DNA of 64,000 nucleotides from Ylistrum balloti (Eukaryota): assembly GCF_031769215.1 (NCBI RefSeq), contig NW_026782771.1, forward strand, positions 434,001-498,000, in the 5' to 3' direction. Both the position numbers and the translations under genes were made by a program. The notes below the pieces were generated by a model. That model was not told where the DNA came from. It did no database searches and saw nothing but the letters and a program-made list of their open reading frames with translations. Positions 46,301-59,204 of this stretch are shown here, one piece after another (position 1 is the stretch's first letter; each line of letters starts with the position of its first letter).

Positions 46301-46658
46301 TCCTGGATGGAAGATGTTTTATAGGAAAAATCAAATCTTTGGTATAATTTCTTTTAATTCAAACTTCGTTAGAAGTCTTAGCATGGGGCAGCAGTTATGT
46401 GCACACAATTTACATCTGCATTATGTGTACAATATTGTTAAAGTTATATTACTTTTTTAACAAAATTATTTCTATGACATGTCAGCATTGTGACACAGGT
46501 GACCGTAAAGGCCCTTTGGTCTCTTGTTTACACATTGATTCATGATGTAGTGACATTGAAATTTCAATACGGTTTATCACCTATTCCTCTTCCTTTTGCA
46601 GTTCCAGGGTGAAAGTAAAGGACAAGGCAACAGAAAACCGTTCGAGTTCATACCATGA
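43318..46658 (+). CDS. CFAP97D2: CFAP97 domain-containing (KIAA1430/Hemingway family) ciliary/sperm axoneme protein, ~197 aa
   Basis: Phase-consistent exons 43318-43420, 43616-43686, 44083-44204, 44545-44668, 45124-45240, 46602-46658 (TGA). Translation MHRAYQPLTP...HRRKVVAAKPRIDNKPPKTYMHLHIKLKKLQIEGERLASVERDNRILLERMAHIM...SLNKTKRQRELLRITHENLAILKRL matches the CFAP97D1/D2 pattern, D2 more closely. AATAAA at 46826. Confidence 0.88.
45223..45625 (+). repeat. 31/38-bp tandem repeat built from the exon-5/intron junction of the CFAP97D gene
   Basis: Unit CGCTGGATCGTAGACCAG|GTATGGTGTCTAT, with donors at 45241, 45272, 45303, 45334, 45372, 45410, 45441, 45472, 45503, 45534, 45572 and 45610. Confidence 0.97.
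45805..46528. mobile_element. Non-autonomous Helentron/HINE-like element of the type abundant in bivalves
   Basis: T-rich start TTTTAAGTCGCCCG, end CACAGGTGACCGTAAAGGCCCTTTGGTCTCTTGTT (degenerate subterminal inverted repeat plus 3' hairpin remnant), and two diverged internal monomers (...GGGGCGGAGCCATAAATTGGTCAAATTGACTGAAATTTC / ...GGACGGGGCCAAAAATGGGTCAAATTGATTGAATTTC). Family assignment is from memory of such elements. Confidence 0.6.
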
Positions 46659-48821
46659 TGTGTACACATATAAAACGTACCCAAAAATGTATAACACATG
46701 ACGTGTACACATGTAAAGTTTATACAAGATGTTTATAAGGTGAACACAAGAACTAAAAATGGAAGTAATATTGTCTCCATAAATCGTGTCTACAAATTAT
46801 TTCCTTGGTTGTGCATTTTGCTTTAAATAAAACAAAAACAAATTCCAGGATCCAATCGGATTTTCTGTACATGTGTACGCGTACGCGTGTGTTTTTGAAG
46901 CAGGGTATTTACCTTTGCATGACATTAATGCGATGTGATCTTACCAAATTTGTGTATTATCAGTTCATGAACTGCAGCGGCGATGGAATATAACAAGTAA
47001 TGTAAACAGATTGAGGTTTCCATATAACAAAATGAAAATATAAAATGATTACTATAGGCAGTGAACTGCTGTCAGTTGGCATTCATGGGCATAGGAATGC
47101 CAACAAGATAATGGCAAATTCAACATTAAGAGCGTTCATTGCTCAACAAACAAGACGGTGACGAACAAAGCCACTAAACTGGATTGCTTTTAATGCCAAA
47201 AAAGACATCTACAAAAATACGATCTAGGTATCGAGGTAAATATTTTATAATTAAACATACAATGATATACAGCACACTATACAAACTAACTGCCCTTGAC
47301 TCTAAACCGTACTCATGTTTAACCTCCAGTGTTATGTTTAATCCTGTTTAAATACGAGAACATTTACCAATTTGTCTACCCTCTTTACCCTGTATTATAA
47401 ATGACACTATCATGATCACGTGATTTACAGCCCTTGGCTGGCCTGATTTTGGCTAGAAAGTTTTCTGAAATAGAAAGTAAAACGAGACATCAGAACACCT
47501 GAGGTTGAACCAGGAGCACGATTTACAATATTTTGACCGAGTTCCAGATCGTAGGGTCCACGTGGATAAGCTGTGTTTGTCCTGTATGCTCTACATGACG
47601 CTTCAGTCTTTGATATGTGTTGGTTTTATTACTTTTCTGACGTAACAAGGACATCACGGTAAAATCATTAATATTGTTATTGATTTACGTGTTTTATACA
47701 TTCCATTTACATGTCTATGCTATCCTGGTATTCACAGTTAATTTCCAAAGTCCAGCTTGACTACTTCTGTTGTTCGGGAAACCCCGCTCGCTGATAGCAT
47801 TACATAACAGTTTTGAAAACGAGCCAGTGCATTTTTGTAAACACGAATATATGATGACGATCAGAAATGACAGCAACAGTAGTGACACAGTCAATAAAAT
47901 CCTGTTTATCAGCACCAGATTTTGTTCTGAGTAACATTAATCGCCAACATTGTTGCGACACTCAGACGGGAATCAATTTTTGTTTACAGGCGACAGTGTT
48001 TTACGCGCATGCAGTATCTTATATGACACATATCCAGACTGTTGATCAACAGATAAGGATTTCCTTTTAACAATAACTAATCAATTTCTTTATGTGAATA
48101 TTTCATCGAAATTCAGTTGTCATTGTTTACAAGGCGATACACTTGATATGTATGCAACAATTTCTTTTCAAAAAACATAAACAAAAACAAAAACATTTTA
48201 CCGTGATGTCGGATGTCGGATATGGCGTTTTGATATACCCATTCTGTGATGATAAATATTTCCTTTCAAAAACCTTTCCCCATTGGATACCATTTCCCGG
48301 TAAATGACTCCACGATCAGGAACACAGCCCGGACCTAGGTATAAATATAATTCGTCCAGCGAATTTTCGTTCAATATCACAGATACTACACAACGGTCAG
48401 TTTCTGACAATGTTATCTGGTATAAAATTAAATATAACGAAATGCTGGAGGTGTACTTTGCCATCACCGTGTTGAAGTTGATAGAATAAACTAAAAACCA
48501 TCTTCAAAACATCAACATTAAAACAGGATCTTGCTGAAACTACGGTAATAGTCGATTTCAAAAACTCAAAATGTCTTTCCTAATGGTTTCATAAAACATC
48601 TTGTCATGTAACACTGTCAGATTTCAGCATTTGCCATCGCATTTGATGATCCCTTAAGGTGGGAGATTCTATAAAATATCTTCACCCATGGTTCATCATC
48701 ATTAAAGAATTATTAAATATGTTTCATTACCCAAATATCTGTACCTTATATATAACGATTCATATTTTCATCTTTATCAACAACTGATCACCTTCCCAAA
48801 CACAGCGTGTCACAACGAGTC

Positions 48822-51800
48822 TCATTTATACATATACTGCATCTCCATGGCAGCCTCGTGCTCACGTGCTTTCATTCTCAGTGCAGCTATGCTTCCGGTT
48901 CGATGATTTTCCACCAGGCCGATATTTATGTATCTACTTGTATATGGATACGGAATCGGGAACACCGGTATAGTTCGGTAAAATGGGAACGGCGACGTGG
49001 ACAGATTAAGAGGTGTGATTTGTTCACCGTTTTCATCTGTTAAAGACTCGTCACTTCCGGTTTCCTGGGAACATTTTGAAATGGTAGTCTGAAAATAGAA
49101 CGAATACATCGTATGCAGGGTGATTTTTCAATTTGTTGGATGGGCGATACGGAACCTTTCTAGATGAAATTGACATTTTAGAAGTAAATGATCTGCATCC
49201 TATTATTTTGAAACGATTACATATTGCGATAGAAATATTAAATGTGTCAGTATTTCGGCAGTTTTGTCAGGAATGTTCGATATATATGCATTGAAAATGA
49301 TAGCATTTAATTAAGGACATGGATTAATTAAAATAAGGATTGAAAAGATAGTAATAACTAATTAACTTAATGATTATCTGATACATATACAATGTGTTTA
49401 GTTAATAAATTTGACGTGTTACTCTCATTAAGTTTCCTGACAAAAAAGTATTACCTCTCTCAATAAATTCCAAAACTACGAAGCTACAAATGTATATATT
49501 TGAAGGTGCTTGTCTATTTTAGTAAGGATTCGCTTTGTTAACACAGAAAAAGTTTACCCTTGGCATAAACCCCTTCGCGGTTCATTCAGTATTCATTGTT
49601 TGTATTGAAGCTCTTTTGTTACAGAGACTCTAAACAACGCGCGTTAGCGTGTGTATTTGAAGCAGTTTCCCGGCGATAAACAAAACGGGAAATATTTCTT
49701 ATATTGACGTTTTGTATTTCTTATTTATGCTGCTTAAAATACATGTAATAGTCATTAATTGGAAAGTATATGTACACAGCTTATTCCATTTTGGCGGGAA
49801 AGATTGTTAACCTTAACATCTATCAAAATGTAATTATCAGTTTTGTAGGTAAGGCAAATAGAGAATACCAATTAAAAAAGAAAATATTAATGGTGGCATC
49901 GCGAAATGACGTCATTATAAAATAGAGGATTAAATTATGATTTTTCAAGATTCGCTCAAGAAAGAAATATTGTACATGTACTCAATTTATATAACTCAAC
50001 GACAACAAATAGCTTATTATACGTTAAAACTTATCAAAGATTATAAATAATTCCAAGCAGTGCATTATCCCAATTCAAACGGTAACTGGAAATTGAAAAA
50101 AATATAAAAGCTTCACAGTACCTGTATTGGAGATCCTGTCTGGAGATCGTCGGTCCGTATAGACGAACGTGGGGCCGGAACGAATTCGGTTTCCCGGAGG
50201 TCCTGAAGTCCACCGAAGTTTCCCAACTTTTCGTACTTGCGCCATTTCGCTCTGCGGTTCTGAAACCATATCTGTAACATACAATGGTATGACGTCACCA
50301 TAATATACACTGCATGACGTCACCATATCTGTTACTTTACTTACAAATGGTATGGCGTCACCATATATATAATATCGTCGTTCTCTAATCAACATAATTA
50401 ATTGGTATATGTTTGCTGAAAAAGGATGAGTAAATGAGCAATTGAAATAACCGACCTGAACTCGAGCTTCTGGTAGACCTGTTTTGTCCGACAATTCTTC
50501 CCGCGCATTAGCATCCGGGTAGTGAGTAACACGAAACACTTCCTCTAAAGCTTTCAACTGATCCGCCGAGAAAGTAGTTCGTATCCGTCTCTTCTTCCTT
50601 GTCTCATCTGTAATACGTGTGACATATACATTACTACACAACCATTTAATCGGTCTCATTTCTATTCTAAACTTATAACTAGAGATCCGTGTGAGTTTTT
50701 TTATCATATGATAAGTTTAAGAACATCGTTAATGTAAGCATGGCTCAAAGTAAGCACGTCAACATTACACAATGTCTGGCAAAAGTGATAAAAACAACAA
50801 CAGCTCTCTGTTATCAAAATACAATACAAGAAAGTTTCGGTATCGCCAGTGCCGATGTGCTTTCCAGCGACGTTTGACACCAGGAAATGAGTTACACTGT
50901 TTTAGTACCATACAAAGGTAAACATTCACGGGTAAGTTTAGTGATAATATTTAACTGACAGCTGTTGTTGATGACCTGATAATTCACAAAAGTGAGTAAA
51001 GCTTTACAATGACGCTGGCCGTAATGTGTTCATGGCCGTGTAAAAACAATTTATGACACCACCGTTACATAGTATTATGCTGATAAACTTACCATGCAAC
51101 ATGCGATTGATGCCATTCCCCGTGACGTCACAGTGTTCATCATCCTTGTCCTTTTCGTTTGAATTGTCACTTTCCTCGCCGCTACTGTGAAAGGAATCCT
51201 CTCCTGCCGACGACTGTGCCGAATGGCCAGAAGTATCTGTTATTAGGAAGTTCCGACAATAAGGTTAATATATGCATTCTATTCCTGCGTTCTGTTTTCA
51301 TCAAACAAACACACTATTTAATTCTGTCTCGTCACAAACTATCCGTCAACGGTAACTTTTATATACGAAAAAGTTTTCCACAAAATAGGTCAATTAAAAT
51401 TGAAATCAAACTGAAAAATGAAAGTTATTAACCGAGAGTGTTAAAAAATACACCAAGTAACAATAAAAAGCGATAAATCGAGAAAACAATATGTAGCAAA
51501 TCAAAGACAGCAGAAAAGGAAAAATGACAATATCCTATATTTTACACGAAATTAAAATAAATCAATCAAGCTTATACTATTTCAGGCAGGTGTCGAGTGT
51601 CAAAATCCTCTAATCGATTTACCTTCCAACAAATCAATCTTTGCTCTGTAAAACATGTGTATCCGCCAATGAGCAAACTAATGCAAGATTCGGAGCAATT
51701 GGAGCGAACGTGCCAAAACCAAACTGTTTCCAAACAAATCTGACAGTTCTAGAACCACATCTGATGCTCATCTCACAACCGGAAGTGATGACATGGCTTA

Positions 51801-54260
51801 AATACGACGTCACAAAATGATCATACATGTTCAAACACCTAGCTGAATAGCCCAGCTGTGATTTATTTTGTTGGTTTGACCTCATAACAAGTAATTGTTC
51901 ATCTTGGTTCTTCTCGGGTGGAAATGATTTAGCAAACTGCGTTGCTGGGCATTACAAATAAGTGGTTCTTTTGAAGAGTTAAATGGTACGAAACTAACAG
52001 TTAGGGATGAAAGGGGGACCCAGGTCCAAGTATTGTAGACATAGGTAGGGTTGTCTTCTTTTAATTTTCGGAGATAAAACTTCAAAAAGATATTTCTTTC
52101 ACATTGACGGAAGAGTTAGTCATGTAATTGATTTCAATATTTTATTGAATTTATAATGACGAAATCTCAAGTTTACTTTGTCATGTTATCTCTTAGACTG
52201 TGTCATATTTTAAAATATTGAACTATCTCTTCGGTGTAGTTAAATTTCACACCAATCCGTTACTGATGTGAACGGTCGTGCTGATTGCCTTATCTATACG
52301 GGGTCTGATATGCCGTTATATGCACTATAGCCTGGCGTGCTGTCAGGGTATGGCAGTTTTAATGCGGAGCAGGGTTTACTTAACAAAATCTGTAAACAAA
52401 TTCAAAGATAGTTTGTGAGAGCACAAGGATGTGTGTATAGAATTAAAGAGACTGCAAATCATGACAGATTTACATAAATACTGATAATTACAATTACATT
52501 AAAATTCAAATTCTAAAACGTTATAATGCTAAATCAATTGGATTTTATATTCAGTTTACTGACAGAATTTGACCTAACGTTTTCTCGTTATAGAGAGAAC
52601 AACAAACTCCGACTTTTGTGAGTTTACTGTTATAGAACGATCAACTTCTCAAGCTTGATTCCCTGTCAATCAGCCTCGTTCAGTACACGGTATCATCAAT
52701 CCCTTTTAACATTAATGGTCTTGAGATTAATTCATATATGTTTCTGATTTTTCAATTAAGATTTCAAATCGAAGGTCTATATGATTTCAATTTATTTGAG
52801 ATCTTGAAAACTATCCAAGACCAAAGAAATGCATATTGGCGACAAATTTCGTCCGTTTCATATGAAATGAAAAAGAATGCAACAATTTTATGAACTGGCT
52901 TAAAACCAGGTCCCGGTTACTATAAATAACCAGCGGTTAGTAGAAATTTTAAAACATTAATTTAACAAAATTGGAAACATTCTTTATGATTTCACAGCTG
53001 ATGGTTTCTTGAGACAATTCATATTGAAATGTTTAGAGTGTTAATGCTATATCTAATGTTCTCGTTTTTTTCAGTGGCAATAATTTGATTTTTTATTGAC
53101 CATGGTTAAGTCTAATGTTTGAAATACCGGATGTTTAAACATTTTGCACTAATGACGTCAAACTTAAAGTGTGTGAAGTCATGATGTTCCACTCTATAGA
53201 CTACATTGTAACCAATAATTTATTTTTTTTTAAAACTTTAATGTGGTCAATCTAGACCCAGCATACATGAAAGACAAATAAATAAAATTGTGGATAGATA
53301 ATTCCTACGTCAAACATGTGCATATTAAGAATTCGTCCACTTGTCACGTGCGTACACGAGGTTAGTTCGACAGAATGGCAGTGAAAAGCAACATTAATAG
53401 TAAAATCAAAGAAGTAGAGTTATTTCGAGGTTGATCGTTACATAATTTTATGTACTCACAATAAAATCAAATTAGTTTTGTTTAAATAAATCATAAAACA
53501 GGGCTCGTTTTATCATCCGGATTTTCAATAACATTCAAAACATTCATTCTGAAAAGAATATTTAGAAGTGGTTTGTCAATATAAATGGGCACAGCTGTTT
53601 TATTTAGAAGTTTTATTTAAAAACCAACACTCATATCAACCAGTACTAGTCAACAACGAGGAGCTTTATCAAACACAAATAAATAAATCTTAGACATGTT
53701 GCAAACGTTCCTTCTTTAAGCACACGGTAGTACGTACAGTCACACACGCTACTCTAAAAATAACAAACATACATCAGGTTGTCAGTTATAAAAAATGCTG
53801 ATTGAGGAAGTGTTCAATACTAAAACATTATTCCTTTACCAATGATAAATTAATTATTGTGATCGAGGTAGGATTGAAACGCAACACGACAGTTATTTTA
53901 GAAGCTATGTTTATCATGAGAGTCCACATGAAATTGATGTTCGTTCTTGATTTGCTTTCGTTTATTTTTTTTTCACGACGACAATCAGAAATCGTCTGTA
54001 ATATGTTAAGTCAGTAAGTGCACTTGTTTCAAAAACATAAATTTCCTTTTTTTCGAAATTGTCATCTTGAAAGTCAAACAAAACACAGAATAAAACAAAT
54101 TGTGAATATGAAAGTTACCTGTTTTGTCTTCGTCTCCTTGTACGTCCGTAGAGTTTGTTCTAGGACTGGACTCGTTCCTTAGTATCGTATCGATGGAGTG
54201 TTTAGTTAGTGTTCTTCTCAACTCGGTAGAGTCGTACTGGCATTCTTCTTCCACGTGCAT
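48822..54260 (-). CDS. PRD-class Q50 homeobox transcription factor with eh1 and OAR motifs, ISX-like, ~284 aa
   Basis: Phase-consistent minus-strand exons 54260-54119 (MHVEEE...KHSIDTIL, eh1), 51236-51093, 50607-50456 and 50271-50122 (homeodomain [45 protein letters not shown]|[12 protein letters not shown], with the PRD-typical intron between residues 46 and 47), and 49088-48822 ([16 protein letters not shown]). An upstream in-frame start at 54305 is possible. Confidence 0.9.
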
Positions 54261-55540
54261 TTTATTGATGAGAGTTTCGCCTTCGATTGAGAGAAAAAAT
54301 ATCAAAAATTTGTTTTACATGAGATAATACGACACCTCAAGGTAAAGTTGTGGGTTCTTTTCACTCTGGACGGTGATAGTATTCTACTTTTAGGTACTGC
54401 TCTCCCGAGGTAGCAAGTCTCCTTGTCAATAAAGTTTAGATTTGTTTGCATACAGATGTATTAGGTGCAATAAATGTCGAAATCTATCTCGAGTAATTCT
54501 AAAACAAGAGCTGTGATTGGTCAATTTAAAAGCGAGTGCGGTAATCGACATTTGATTGACAACGCAATACTTGGAATATTAATGACATTACCTGGGTGAG
54601 AGTCAATGAAACTCATCACAGATAAAATAAAATTTCTTGATTCAATGGATAAATTTCTGAGATTCTCGGCTACAAACGCCTTGGAATTGAAAGAGTGCTT
54701 AGAATGCGTTTATTTTACAGGTATATCAATGTTTATCATTATTTGAGAAAGTAATAAACTCTGACTTAATAAATATTAATGACACGTCACTAGATAAGAT
54801 TAATGTAGATCTTAAATACAATTATTCTTAATTGGTTAATATATCTGATATGTATATATAATAAAAATTAATGTCAAATAAAGGCATTCGTGATAATTAC
54901 ATTTGAATCCATTCTAAAATATGTCAAGTTTCAAAACTATCTATGCATAATACAATCTTTCCAAAGACAGAACTCGAGCTCACAGTGTTTAAGCATTGCA
55001 ATCATTCACAATGTCTGCAAATTATAAGGATACGGACCTCCCTCGTTTATATTGGATTCATTAACTTCAAACACATGTAAACAACGGTTGTCTAATTGTT
55101 CAATCAAACCTTTCATCAAGCTTATTACTACCATTCTCAGTAATATCTAAACAGGGCTGCATGATTAGGTTACTTTTTACTCCAGAAAAGGGTTTTTGAC
55201 CAAACTTAAACAGCGATATGAGAAAATTTAGCCACTCTGTGCACCACCACAATCCAATTCTAATAAAAGGAACGTCTTCATTCTCTTGTCTTGAGAACTT
55301 TCCTTTATCAGAGAAATGTGAAGGCGATACAGGTTTATGGTTGTGAACTATTCTTAAGCCTGTTTCGTGAAAAGTATTTCTAAATCAAACATGTGATAAA
55401 ATTGTTGCTGACGATTTTCCTACAGAAGGTCATCAAAACAGAGCAGAACAACCTTGTCAGCTGCTTCAATTTCACTTTTTTTATATGTTGATTATGTGTT
55501 GTCATATGGAATTATGAAATGTATGAAATTTACTTACATT

Positions 55541-55870
55541 GATGAGTTCGATTTTCCAATCATCAATTTTCATGTCCACACAGAGTAACATCACTGCTTC
55601 CCTGATCTATGGAGTTGAAGGGTTTGTGCCCAATACCACTTTTACGTGACATAGGTATATCTGAAGTTTTATGGTTGTCACCATTAAGTCAATGGGAAAT
55701 ATTCCATTTCCATGTGCGATATAAGGTAAGACATGTTCAATAGTATGTCGTTGATGTTAAATTTGTTCTGATTGGACATTATTTACTTGGATTGACTTTG
55801 ATTGACGAAGATTCACACGTCAGGTGAAAACGGCTACCCTTCCGGAACCGCTGGTCTTCTTTGATGTTCA
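55541..55870 (+). mobile_element. Decayed 3' fragment of a Penelope-like RT retroelement
   Basis: Frameshifted translation DEFDFPIINF / SNITASLIYGV / FYGCHH*VNGKYSISMCD resembles the DDFxFPIVNFP..SNIP..PAYGVY..FYGRHH C-terminus of mollusc RT elements. Clade assignment is uncertain. Confidence 0.55.
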
Positions 55871-56639
55871 TTGAAAACTAATCCGAAACAAGGGATTAGA
55901 TTGACTCTTTTACAAACGACCTTCACCTGCCAGATTGTCGGACCAATCACATCGCTTGTTTCATATTAGTTTTTCAGTGTTTTCCTGTCTCGGGTCATTC
56001 GTTACTGAGTAAAGAATCGCTATGAGGACCAACACACGAGAATACGTTCATAGTCACCATAATAAGTTCATTGTCATGTTATTTTGGAAATAAATTTCAT
56101 TTTACCGTAGATGCAGTGGAACAATTACTGCTCATTAAGAAATTTTGAGTGGATTGGGTCATGAACTCATGCCCGACTGAACAATATTCAGATATTCTAT
56201 GTGTATTGTGGTTTGGGTACGTCTCGTGAAGGAAAAGTCCAGATCCATACCTCATTTTAAAGTAAAAATATTCGTTTCTATGATGGTATATCCCTTTTTG
56301 TGATACAATTTTGAGTTTTTGTGTTACAGACGTTAGAACTGGCATGCCTTAAAACAACAATTGTGGAATTGTTCACCTTTCCTTGTACATATATTGTATA
56401 CATCCTATATTTTTCCTCACCGAGCTAAAAATGTGTCATACCTTATGGGAACAGAATGGATGTGGATTTTTTAGGTCCGAGGGTGTTTCCTCTGTGCTAC
56501 ACCAACTCGTACATTTAGGACTACTGTACAAGTACCTATATAAAAAGTACATACCAGGAAATAGTCGTGCTGGTGTTTAATTGAATCACAACGATTCTGT
56601 AGAGAAAATACTGATTCTTCAATGTAGAAGCTGATTACA

Positions 56640-56709
56640 GGTTAAAATACTAGCCTTAATCTCTAGACTAGTAAGCCAGAGGTCCCAGGTTCGAATCCCA
56701 GCGGAGGCA
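56640..56709 (+). pseudogene. tRNA-Thr(AGT)-derived pseudogene or SINE head
   Basis: CTAGTAAGCCAGAGGTCCCAGGTTCGAATCCCAGCGGAGGCA resembles the 3' half of eukaryotic tRNA-Thr, but the T-stem is mispaired (CCAGG/CCCAG) and there is no intact 5' acceptor or D arm. Confidence 0.6.
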
Positions 56710-59204
56710 TCGGCATAAATAATGACATCTGTTTCAATAGTAAAACATCTAATCTCGGTGTTAAATGCATAAGAAACTTTCCCTGTGTCGGGAGATTTAA
56801 TGTACCAAATTATAATGAAGCAATACATACTTGAATGTAATTTTATCATAATCTGATTGTCGTAGTAGACATTTTATTTCATTTGAACTAAATGTCTGTC
56901 TAAATGACACTTTCTACATTATTTTTCTTGGAAGCGTTAACAACCTTGCATTGTATCGTCGGCTGGGGAACCATAACTCAGTAATTTGACAAGCATTTCA
57001 CTAATTCGTCAGTTGTTATCTAAAGTTTGATCGTCTGTGTTTAATTCACCTCTATTTATACCGGAATTTTATTATAATAAGAATAAAAATGCTTTCATTA
57101 CGATTTTAAATTTTTTTATCATATTTTTCAGTAAAACTTTTTATTGTCATATAAATTCTACTCAAAAATATCGCATTCATCAAAACGTTTGTCAGGTAAG
57201 CGACTGCAGGGATGCTGAAAGAAAACGTCTTGTCATTTGTCTTTAGGAGTCTGAACAGTATACTCGGAATTCGAAACATGTATAAGGAATTTTACGGGAA
57301 AATACTAACTATTTCGTATAATACAAAACCTTATTTACTCTCTACGTTGGCATCTGTTTGAAATACAGCAGGCCACGAAATCCTGAAGTTCTGCTAGGAT
57401 CACGAACTGCCAATATCTCAATTCACAGAATCTCGCTTCATTTGATCAATAATAGTAAAATAATATAATTCTATTTACTAATAATTATCATGTATAACTC
57501 CTGACCACAGTAGTGGTGGCCCGGCTCACAATATACAAGTATACTTTACGTTATTTAGAAATAATTAAATTTTGAAAATTATAAAATTTATTGAATTTTG
57601 GCGTCAGACACCCTCCCTACCTAGTGCTTGCTACCTTTACCTGCTTCTCTAGTGACTTTCTAGGCTTCAACAATATAGGAACTTAGTCTTAGTAACGAGT
57701 CCTAGACGGATCAAACAGCTGTAACATTAGTGGAGATTGAATGTTATTTAGTTTTAATGCATCGAATTCTGATATTATTATTAGACTGCATATCCGTGGT
57801 TTTTTGTTTTTTTGTTTTTTTTTTGTTTGCGATTTTATGTATTAAAATGCATTAAAATGCATTAATCTGTTGTCAATTAGATAAGTAGAACATTAAGGAA
57901 CTAATATTCAATGAAATGCATTAACGGGACAATATCTATTAGAAATTATGATTTATATGTAAATATATAAAACGATAATTTTATCACACGAAGCCGGTTT
58001 GTTGGCACAATATGTGTTTGTAAGGGACATTTTCACAGCCGACACAAATGAGATATGACCACTACTGAGCATTAAAATGGTGCTCTAACCTGTAATAGGC
58101 ACGGGATCACAGCCAATTTAGCCCTCAGCGAGCAGTTATTCCAAAACTTTATCTCTATTAGTGATAGTTCAACGGACGTATACACTTATACAAACATACG
58201 CCATTATTTATGGTGGTGTCGAGTAAGTAAAATTGACGTGTACGATAAATTTCCTTCTGGTGATTATCTGGGCGATATATATGAACAAGCATTTAATTGC
58301 CCAATTCAAAGGAGAGTGATATACCCTTTGTTTTAGGGGAGGGATGGTGAGGGTTCAATTTCATATATTGCAAGTCATTGGAAGCAATTTATTTAGACAT
58401 AGATACGTGAGGATGTTATAGCTGTTCTAAGGAAATATGTTAAAATTACATAAATCAAAACTTTAAAAAATCTTAACGCCCTTTGTTTGTTATAGCAGAT
58501 AAGTGTTTTGTTTGACTAAATTCGTACGTTCGAGCGACAAATGACATTATCTATGACATGAAAAGCATTGAATGTATCCTTCCTCATAACTTCAATATTT
58601 TCCCCAGTTAACTGTACCTATGGTCTGTATTGGTTGATTTAAAACGTAATTGTGATAAAACTACGATTTATACTAAAGATCCTATTTTCTGCAAACCATT
58701 ACACATTGATTTCGAACACCTATGTACAACCAGGTCCCCATACACACATTCCTAGGTAGGATTGGCACACAAGTCGATACCGAGGTGGGAGAAACGGCAT
58801 CGTGATTCTCACAGCCCCATAAGATATCCAAAATTCAATTCTACTAAAGTTCTTCTTTCAGCTTAAGTCAGTCATCAGAAAAAAGTTAACAATTAAGGAA
58901 AACGAGTTCAAGAAATTTCATGAAACTGGAGTTAGAATTTCAATGAATGGTCGATGTGAAACATGTATGTACATGTATTCTTGTTCGTACACTTAAAGTC
59001 GCAACAGCTGACAACATAGACCACTTAAAGGACTGTGACGTCATAACAAGTATTCGTAATTAATATTTTCAAATAGAATCATCGACGTGGCGGCGAAAAT
59101 CTGTAAGAATCATAGTCAATTGATATTGTAGCAGCGGTGAAAACACAAAACACATGGCAAATCGATGTCACCAAATAAGACTGCGGTGAAAATACAAAAA
59201 GGGC

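Noticed and set aside
50075-50707. 210-aa continuous ORF containing part of the homeodomain
   Set aside because: It reads through an intron; helix 3 (IWFQNRR) is in another frame, so the spliced model is preferred.
54580-54590. TAATGACATTA P3-type paired-class homeodomain site upstream of the homeobox gene
   Set aside because: Several such sites are expected by chance in 64 kb of AT-rich DNA.
56640-56709. Functional tRNA-Thr gene
   Set aside because: The T-stem is mispaired and there is no 5' acceptor strand; kept only as a pseudogene or SINE relic.
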